Made by a program: the position numbers and the translations under genes | Shown here: positions 8,453-14,567 of the stretch, in pieces | Layout of the letters: each line of letters begins with the position of its first letter | How positions within the stretch are numbered: position 1 is the stretch's first letter | Origin: Acidobacteriota bacterium | Lineage (GTDB): Bacteria > Acidobacteriota > Vicinamibacteria > Vicinamibacterales > 2-12-FULL-66-21 | Direction of reading: 5' to 3' | DNA: 24,956 nucleotides | NCBI GenBank assembly: GCA_031431095.1 | Contig: JANPCT010000305.1 | Location: 1-24,956, forward strand | The notes under the pieces: generated by a model | What the model saw: only the letters and a program-made list of their open reading frames with translations | What the model was told of the DNA's origin: nothing | The model's database searches: none

Positions 8453-8557
8453 CTGTTACAGGGAATGAACGAGTGCCCGAGCATTCCTGAGCCGGCCGCG
8501 TCGCGCTGTCACGAGGGGCCGACCACCTTCGAAACCGCAGCCCCCACGGAGGGGCGC

Positions 8558-9121
8558 ATGCCGGGCGCCGAACGGACCGGCGACGCGTTGCTGGCAATCG
8601 CCAGCCTGGCGCGCGCATTGGACGGTAATGCCAGGCTCGCCGACGTCGGGGCGCTGGTGTGGATGCTGTTGCGTCAACTCGTTCCGGCTGACGCCATCGC
8701 CCTCTTTCTCCCCGATGAGCACAACGATCACGTCGTCGTCCGTTACGCCGGCGGCCTGCATGCCGATGGATTGAGCGGTGTGGCGCGTCCGATCGCGATG
8801 GGAATTGCCGGCTGCGTGGCGGTGAACCGGCGGGCCGTTCTCAACGCCGACCCAAGCGTGGACCTTGGCTTGCGGGGTGCCGCGGCGCCCGCATTGCGTG
8901 CCTGCCTGGTGACGCCGCTCGTCGACAGCGATGCGCTCGTCGCGGTGCTGGCGCTGTACTCGAAAACGGTAAATGGATTCACGGACGATCATCTGCGGCT
9001 CCTCGAAGTGCTCGCCCCGCGGCTGGCGTCGGCTCTTGTCGATGCCGCCATCGCGGACGAAGACAGCCTGGCAGCGGTCGGCGACGTGCCGCGCGCGCTG
9101 AGACTCGTGCACACCAACTAG
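8558..9121 (+). CDS. Stand-alone GAF domain protein (paralogue of the HD-GYP C-terminal GAF)
   Basis: ATG 8558 has SD GGAGGGG at 8548-8554; ATG 8465 is an alternative start. It aligns without large gaps to the GAF of 6129-8081 (ADVGAL.W, D..A.FLPDE..DHV.VRYA.G, GIAG.VAVNR, VAVLALY, LAPRLAS.LVDAA). Confidence 0.85.
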   Translation: MPGAERTGDALLAIASLARALDGNARLADVGALVWMLLRQLVPADAIALFLPDEHNDHVVVRYAGGLHADGLSGVARPIAMGIAGCVAVNRRAVLNADPSVDLGLRGAAAPALRACLVTPLVDSDALVAVLALYSKTVNGFTDDHLRLLEVLAPRLASALVDAAIADEDSLAAVGDVPRALRLVHTN

Positions 9122-9137
9122 AGCGGCGCCTCAGCGG

Positions 9138-9212
9138 GGGCGGACACTGTCCTCCGATCGATGCCCACCAGGCGGTGGGCGACGAGTGCAATCGGAGCAC
9201 AGTGTCCCGCCC
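9138..9212. other. Long imperfect inverted repeat / hairpin between the two GAF genes
   Basis: Stacked stems GGGCG/CGCCC, GACACTGT/ACAGTGTC, CTCCGAT/ATCGGAG and GCCCACC/GGTGGGC, with loop AGGC. Confidence 0.6.
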
Positions 9213-9275
9213 TCGGGCCGGAGGACGGACCACGCGGCGATCGTAACTGTGGAACACGGAGACTGACCGGTGAAA

Positions 9276-9827
9276 ATGACGAATTCCGCGGCGCTGGACG
9301 ACGGCATCATGGCGATCGGCGGGTTGTCGCGCGCGCTGGGCGGCCAGGCGGTGCTGGCCGACGTCGGATCGCTGTTGTGGGTGCTGATCCGCCAGGTGGT
9401 GCGGTGCGACACGATGGCGATGTTCACGGCCGATGAGTCCCGCGATCAGGTTGTCATCCGCTACGCCGCCGGCGTGCATGCGAACGTGCTCGACGGCATC
9501 GCGCGTCCGCGCTCCACAGGCATCGCGGGCTGGGTCGCCAGCAACCGGCTGCCCGTCCTGAACGCGGAACCAATCATCGACCTCGGCTTCCGCGCCTCCG
9601 TCGCTCCGGCATTGCGGTCGTCGCTGGTGGTGCCGCTCGTCGAGGAGTGTGCGCTCGTCGCCATCCTCGCGCTCTACTCCACTGAACTGCTCGCCTTCAC
9701 GGACGATCACGTCGAGATGCTCGGTGTGCTCGGTCCGCGGCTGGCGCGAACACTCGGCGACGCGGTCGTCGATCGCCCGCACCGCATCGCGGAGACCCCC
9801 GTGCTGCGCCTGGTCGGGGGGAGTTAG
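9276..9827 (+). CDS. Second stand-alone GAF domain protein (same paralogous family)
   Basis: ATG 9276 (or GTG 9270) with GGAGA at 9258-9262. Same GAF signature: ADVGSLLW, RYAAG.HA, GIAGWVASNR, LVAILALY, FTDDH. Confidence 0.85.
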   Translation: MTNSAALDDGIMAIGGLSRALGGQAVLADVGSLLWVLIRQVVRCDTMAMFTADESRDQVVIRYAAGVHANVLDGIARPRSTGIAGWVASNRLPVLNAEPIIDLGFRASVAPALRSSLVVPLVEECALVAILALYSTELLAFTDDHVEMLGVLGPRLARTLGDAVVDRPHRIAETPVLRLVGGS

Positions 9828-9835
9828 GGAAGCCA

Positions 9836-9878
9836 GGTTTGTAGTTTGTGGTTGGGAGTTCGTAGTTTGTAGTTGTAG
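9836..9878. repeat. Degenerate ~7-bp short tandem repeat (TTGTAGT-like)
   Basis: ggtttgtagtttgtggttgggagttcgtagtttgtagttgtag immediately follows the GAF gene stop. Confidence 0.6.
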
Positions 9879-9941
9879 ACGACCGCTGAGTCTGTGCGAA
9901 CCCTCGTGCGGTAATATCCGCGTGCTGGCGATGAGACGCAC

Positions 9942-10757
9942 TTGCTGATTCGATTACGCGGCGTCAGGGGATCGGTGCCGTGGTCCGTGCCGGACGGAAT
10001 CATTCACGGCTGCAACACCCCCTGCATCGAGGTGTTCGACGAGCGCACGGGCGGCCTGCTCATTCTCGATGCCGGTTCCGGCATTGCCGGCGTCAACCCC
10101 GCGGAGCTGGCCGGGTCCCCGTCCGCGCGTGCTGTGTCACTCGTCCTCACCCACTACCACTGGGATCACCTGCTCGGCCTGCCGTTCTTCACGACGTTGT
10201 ACGAGCCCGGATGGGACCTGACCATCCACACCCCGCGGCTCGAGTCGCACGATCCCACGTGGCTGGCGACGATCTTCAAATCATCGTTCTTCCCGGTGCC
10301 GTACCAGCACCTGCCGAACCGCCCGACGGTGCGGATGGTCGAGGCGGGCCCGGTTAACGTCCCCGGCTTCGAGATGACCGCGCTCGGGCTCAATCATCCC
10401 GGCGGTGCGATGGCGTACCGGATCAAGGGCGTCACCGGTGATTTCGTCTACGCTACCGACCACGAGTTTGGCGATCCGGCTTATGACGAGCCGCTCGCCT
10501 ACTTCGTCCGCGGCGCCGCCGCCATCGTCCTGGATGCGCACTTCACTCCTGCCGAGCGGGTGCACCACCGCGGTTGGGGGCACAGCGACTGGCGGCAGTG
10601 CGCCGAGTTTGCGGCTGCCAACGCAATTGGCCGGCTCTACCTCTTCCATCACAAGCCGGGGCGATCCGACATCGCCCTCGACCACATTCGCGATGAGGCG
10701 CGGATGGTGTTCAACGCCACCGACACCGCGAAGGAAGAGGCAACGATCGTCATCTGA
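9942..10757 (+). CDS. Metallo-beta-lactamase-fold hydrolase (RNase Z/PhnP-like, putative phosphodiesterase)
   Basis: N-terminal GVRGSVP, NTPC and ILDAGSG, HxHxDH motif THYHWDH, NHPGG, YATDHE and WGHS. TTG start. Confidence 0.85.
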   Translation: MLIRLRGVRGSVPWSVPDGIIHGCNTPCIEVFDERTGGLLILDAGSGIAGVNPAELAGSPSARAVSLVLTHYHWDHLLGLPFFTTLYEPGWDLTIHTPRLESHDPTWLATIFKSSFFPVPYQHLPNRPTVRMVEAGPVNVPGFEMTALGLNHPGGAMAYRIKGVTGDFVYATDHEFGDPAYDEPLAYFVRGAAAIVLDAHFTPAERVHHRGWGHSDWRQCAEFAAANAIGRLYLFHHKPGRSDIALDHIRDEARMVFNATDTAKEEATIVI

Positions 10758-10799
10758 GCGCGCGACGTGCTGGCACGGCGCGCCGATGGCGCCGGTCGG

Positions 10800-11765
10800 T
10801 CAGCGCGGTCCGAAACCTTCGCGATAGCCGCGGCGGAATCCGACGCGGTAGCCGGCCTGGTATTCGGTTAGCGATCCGAGCCGGCCTTCATACCCGGAGT
10901 CGGCCCCTTCGAGCTCGCGCTGGCCTTCGAGATCCCAGCCGCGCGGCTTGTCTTCACGCCCCGCCTGCACGCCTTCCTGCTGGCCGCGCTGGTACCCGGC
11001 GCGATACGCCTCTGACTGGCCGGGCAGCACCGTGGCGGCGGAGTTCTCGAACTCCTGGCGCGACAGCCGGCTGTCGTGATTGATGTCGAGGCGATCGAAC
11101 GCCGCCGCATTCCAGTGCCATTCATCGCGCGACACGGCGCGGTCGTTGTTCACGTCCATGCTGGTGAACACGTCCTGGCCGGCGCCTTCGGTGCCGACGG
11201 CCTCGGCCCGGGTCAGCGTACCGTCGCGGTTGGCGTCGAGCGCGTCGAACACCGCCGTGCTGCCGTGCCACTCGGCGCGCGTCAGGCGCCCGTCGCGATT
11301 GTCGTCGAGGTCGCCGAACTGATCTTCGCGGTCGTCGTCTCCCACGAGCGCGAATTCGGTCGCGCTCAGGAAATTGTCGCGGTTGCGATCGGCCCGTGTG
11401 AACAGTTCCGCCGCGGCGTGCCATTCGTTGCGGGCGAGGCGGCCGTCGCCGTTGTGATCGAGTGCGCGGAAGCGCTCGGGACTCCAGTCGTCTTCCCGCT
11501 CGATCGACGCTTCGATGTCGCGATCGTCCCAGCCGTTCGCGCGCTGCGCGCCGACGCGTATCTCGTCACCCGACAGCCGCCCGTCGCCATTCCAGTCGTG
11601 GTTGCGGAACGAGCGATCGTTGCCGCGCCACTCGTCGCGGGTGATGACGCCGTCGGAGTTCTTGTCCATACCCTGGAATCGCGTGTTGCCCCCACGCCCC
11701 TGCGCGCCCGCGCGGGCGGGACTGGTCAGGCATACCGCGGCGGCGATGCAAATCATCAGTTTCAT
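10800..11765 (-). CDS. Exported EF-hand repeat protein (8 Ca2+-binding loops) with Tyr/Gly-rich C-terminal domain
   Basis: Signal peptide and SD AGGAG. Loops DKNSDGVITRDE, DWNGDGRLSGDE, DHNGDGRLARNE, DRNRDNFLSATE, DDNRDGRLTRAE, DANRDGTLTRAE, DVNNDRAVSRDE and DINHDSRLSRQE. Confidence 0.85.
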   Translation of the reverse strand: MKLMICIAAAVCLTSPARAGAQGRGGNTRFQGMDKNSDGVITRDEWRGNDRSFRNHDWNGDGRLSGDEIRVGAQRANGWDDRDIEASIEREDDWSPERFRALDHNGDGRLARNEWHAAAELFTRADRNRDNFLSATEFALVGDDDREDQFGDLDDNRDGRLTRAEWHGSTAVFDALDANRDGTLTRAEAVGTEGAGQDVFTSMDVNNDRAVSRDEWHWNAAAFDRLDINHDSRLSRQEFENSAATVLPGQSEAYRAGYQRGQQEGVQAGREDKPRGWDLEGQRELEGADSGYEGRLGSLTEYQAGYRVGFRRGYREGFGPR

Positions 11766-11836
11766 ACAGTGCTCCTGCGGGGAGCAGGAGCAAGGGGCGT
11801 GCCCTCGATATCGCGACAGCGGCGGATCTCCGTTGA

Positions 11837-12490
11837 CTAGAAGAACGGCAGGGGTGGTTGCGCCAGGATCGGAATGCGCAGGCGGCCGGCGCCATTGGCC
11901 GAGAACAGCGGCTCACGGCCGATGCGTCCAACCGACTCGTCCGCGGCTCGATTGAAGGCATCGAGCAGATCCAGCGTCCGCGTCCCTGGCCGCCGCGGCC
12001 GCCGCAACTGCCGCAACAGCGCGCCGGTGAAGAACCCGTTGACGCTGTTTTCGCGCGCGCGTGAATCGGGAGCACACGACGCCAGCACCACCGGCCGGCG
12101 ATCATCCGGCAACTCGCCGAGTGCCTGCTCGAGGCGCCGCATTCGATCGTCGGCGTGACACGTGTCGAGGACCAGCACGCGAAGGTGCGTGTCCCTGGCC
12201 CGCGCAAGTGCGTCGATCAGGGGATCGATCGAGTAGAGATGCCCGCTCCAGAAGAGAAGCAGAAGATCGAGATCCTCGAGGCTGCTGCAACTCGCGAGAT
12301 GCGCCTCGATCGCGGCGGGTGCGGCCTGAACACCGGTGAGGCAGCGATTGCGTTCGGCCCGCCAGTAGCCCAGCTGGGCGAAGGTCCAGGAAACGCCGAA
12401 GGCATCGCGCTCGGCGGAGCGCACGGTCGCGCCGTTGGCTTCATGGTTCACGCCAACGGAAAGCAGGTGATAGCGAAAATCGCGTGCCAT
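11837..12490 (-). CDS. Caspase-family (peptidase C14) protein, stand-alone and compact
   Basis: ATG 12490 with SD GGAG 8 nt upstream. Ordered C14 motifs HLLSVGVN, AERDA, LLLFWSGH (His), VLVLDTCH (Cys) and VVLASC..DSRARE...GFFTGALL. Confidence 0.7.
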   Translation of the reverse strand: MARDFRYHLLSVGVNHEANGATVRSAERDAFGVSWTFAQLGYWRAERNRCLTGVQAAPAAIEAHLASCSSLEDLDLLLLFWSGHLYSIDPLIDALARARDTHLRVLVLDTCHADDRMRRLEQALGELPDDRRPVVLASCAPDSRARENSVNGFFTGALLRQLRRPRRPGTRTLDLLDAFNRAADESVGRIGREPLFSANGAGRLRIPILAQPPLPFF

Positions 12491-12603
12491 GCCCGGCACT
12501 CCAGATGTCGGCGCAAGACCGGCTGAGCTTTAGGCACGTACCTCATGGTGATTACATCTTGGTGTCTTCTGTCCAGAAGCAGGCCGCAACCCGCCCACCT
12601 GGC

Positions 12604-12615
12604 GCAAACGTTTGC
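12604..12615. promoter_or_regulatory. Perfect palindrome GCAAACGTTTGC, LacI/PurR-type operator-like
   Basis: A perfect 12-bp dyad in the divergent intergenic region between the caspase-like gene and 12656. Confidence 0.35.
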
Positions 12616-12655
12616 AACGACTTAGCGGCGGCATAAATGGTGATATACAGCGAGT

Positions 12656-13684
12656 GTGTCCGTCCGTACTCTCCTGCTCGCCGCCGCTTTGACGACAGCA
12701 ACCGTCGTACTGGTGTCTGCGGCGCTGCCGCCGGTCATCGACGGATCGCTCGGCGGACGCCAGGTGTTCCCGCGCACGAACTGGTGGAACGCCGACATCA
12801 CGCGCGCCCCGCTCGCCTCTGATTCGGCCGCTTACATCAACTTCATCAGCGGGCGCACCGCAGCCAATCCCACGGCGACGCGCCGCCTTCACGACGACTT
12901 CGGCCCGTCACCCTACGGCATTCCCTACGTCGTCGTATCCGGGGACCAGCCGCTCGTGCGTCCCACGTGGACCGCCTACGGCGACGAGAGCGACGAGGGA
13001 GCATCGGGTCGCCCGCTCGGCTATCCCATTCCCGCCGAGGCCAGGACGGTCTCCGGATATATCGAAGGCGCCGTTCCGGGTGGAGGAGTCGACGGCGATC
13101 GCCACCTGCTCGTCGTCGATCGCGACAACGGGCTTCTCTACGAAACTGCCGGCACCCACTGGGACGCCGGCGCAGGCCGCTGGGAAGCTGACTGCGGGGC
13201 CATCTTCAACCTGGCGCGTGACGATCGCCGGCCTGAGGGGTGGACGTCTTCGGATGCCGCGGGTCTCGCCATATTCCCGGGCCTGGTGCGCTACGACGAG
13301 GTCTATGGCGCGGCGGAAATCACGCATGCCTTTCGCGTCACCGTGCGATCCACCAACGGCTATGTCTGGCCGGCGTCGCACCGCGCCGGATCGACCGCCG
13401 GCGCGCTGCCGATGGGCGCGCGCCTGCGATTGAAAGCGTCGAAGAATCTTGCGGGTTACACGCCGGAGATGCAGCGAGTGTTTCGCGCCATGCAGCGTTA
13501 CGGATTGATCGTCGCCGACAACGGCTCCGATATGTACGTAACCGGGACGATGGATGCCCGGTGGAACAACGACGTGCTCAACCCCGCCTTCCAGAGCCTC
13601 ACCGCCGACGACTTCGAAGTCGTGCAGCTCGGCTGGCGCGGCACCGCCCCGAATCCGCCGACCAACCTGCGCATCGTCCGCTAG
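12656..13684 (+). CDS. Secreted conserved hypothetical protein
   Basis: GTG start and signal peptide. It resembles a widespread uncharacterised family (FP..NWWN.DI, LH.DFG...YGIPY, DESD..YPIP, GDRHLLVVD, GWTS.DAAGL.I.PGL.RYDE, YGLI.ADNGS); this is recognition from memory, not a search. It ends PNPPTNLRIVR. Confidence 0.8.
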   Translation: MSVRTLLLAAALTTATVVLVSAALPPVIDGSLGGRQVFPRTNWWNADITRAPLASDSAAYINFISGRTAANPTATRRLHDDFGPSPYGIPYVVVSGDQPLVRPTWTAYGDESDEGASGRPLGYPIPAEARTVSGYIEGAVPGGGVDGDRHLLVVDRDNGLLYETAGTHWDAGAGRWEADCGAIFNLARDDRRPEGWTSSDAAGLAIFPGLVRYDEVYGAAEITHAFRVTVRSTNGYVWPASHRAGSTAGALPMGARLRLKASKNLAGYTPEMQRVFRAMQRYGLIVADNGSDMYVTGTMDARWNNDVLNPAFQSLTADDFEVVQLGWRGTAPNPPTNLRIVR

Positions 13685-13730
13685 CCGCGTCGCACACGCG
13701 ATAGGATCGGTCTCGAGCCCATTCCACCCC

Positions 13731-14348
13731 ATGGACGCACAGGCCCGCATGATCGCGGATCAGATTGAGGCGCGCGGCGTCACCGATGCGCGTGTTCTGA
13801 GCGCGCTCCGGAGAGTCCCGCGTGTGCGCTTCGTCCCAGGCGATCTTCGCGGCACCGCCTGCGGCGATCACCCATTGCCCATCGGTTGCGGCCAGACCAT
13901 CTCCCAGCCCTACATCGTCGCCTACATGACCGAGGCGCTGAAGCTCGAGCCGACGCACCGCGTCCTGGAAATCGGCACCGGGTCCGGCTATCAGACGGCG
14001 CTGCTGGCCGAACTGGCGGCGCAGGTGTATTCCATCGAGGTCGTCGAAGCGCTCGCCGCGCGCGCGCGTCAGACGCTCGACGAGATGGGCTACCGCAACC
14101 TGCACATCCGCGTCGGAGACGGTTATGCCGGCTGGCCCGACGAGGCGCCGTTCGACCGCATCATCGCCGCCGCCGCACCCCCGGAGATGCCGCCAGCGCT
14201 GGTGCAGCAACTGGCGGAGGGAGGCATCCTGGTGATTCCTGTCGGCACGGACCTGCAGGAGCTCCGCGTGCTGCGCAAGGAGCGCAATCGCATGGAGCTG
14301 TTATCCACGCTCGCGGTGCACTTCGTCCCGATGATCCCAAAGCTCTAG
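13731..14348 (+). CDS. pcm: Protein-L-isoaspartate(D-aspartate) O-methyltransferase
   Basis: VPRVRFVP, GQTISQPYIVAYM, VLEIGTGSGYQ (SAM motif), GDGYAGW...PFDRII and GGILVIPVG. Confidence 0.93.
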   Translation: MDAQARMIADQIEARGVTDARVLSALRRVPRVRFVPGDLRGTACGDHPLPIGCGQTISQPYIVAYMTEALKLEPTHRVLEIGTGSGYQTALLAELAAQVYSIEVVEALAARARQTLDEMGYRNLHIRVGDGYAGWPDEAPFDRIIAAAAPPEMPPALVQQLAEGGILVIPVGTDLQELRVLRKERNRMELLSTLAVHFVPMIPKL

Positions 14349-14549
14349 CAGGGTCGCGCTCTCGGACCTTCCGCCTGAAGGCGGAAACTACAGGAACTCA
14401 ACTAAGGGCTCTCAGGAACCCCAGCTAGGGGCTCCCAGGAACCCCAGCTAAGAGCTCTCAGGAACGCCAGCTAAGGGCTCTCAGGAATCCCAGCTAAGGA
14501 CTCTCAGGAACTCCGGGCTCTGTAGTTTCCGCCTTTAGGCGGAATTCAC
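14346..14549. repeat. REP-like element copy 2: inverted GTAG-palindrome pair enclosing five tandem 22-23-bp units
   Basis: Palindromes at 14369-14386 (CTAC 14388-14391) and 14527-14544 (GTAG 14522-14525). Units CAGGAAcyCAgCTAAGGGCTCT start at 14391, 14413, 14436, 14459 and 14482, with a partial unit at 14505. It lies between convergent pcm and truA. Confidence 0.9.
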
Positions 14550-14567
14550 AAGCTCTCTCTTCAGGCT

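Noticed and set aside
8321-8557. Upstream starts of ORF-track calls (2856, 4258, 6084, 8321, 22319, 21339)
   Set aside because: The extensions run through promoter or neighbouring-gene sequence. Downstream starts have SD or -10 support and match domain boundaries.
9249-9369. Third enhancer/sigma54 pair from GGAACAC at 9251
   Set aside because: A GG falls 105 bp downstream but inside the GAF coding sequence and lacks the -12 GC, so it is coincidental.
12599-12616. Sigma54 promoter TGGCGCAAACGTTTGCA
   Set aside because: The spacing is GG-N11-GC, whereas sigma54 requires N10. It is kept only as a palindrome.
14391-14515. 23-bp repeats as a CRISPR array
   Set aside because: The units are head-to-tail with no unique spacers, and no cas genes are in the window.
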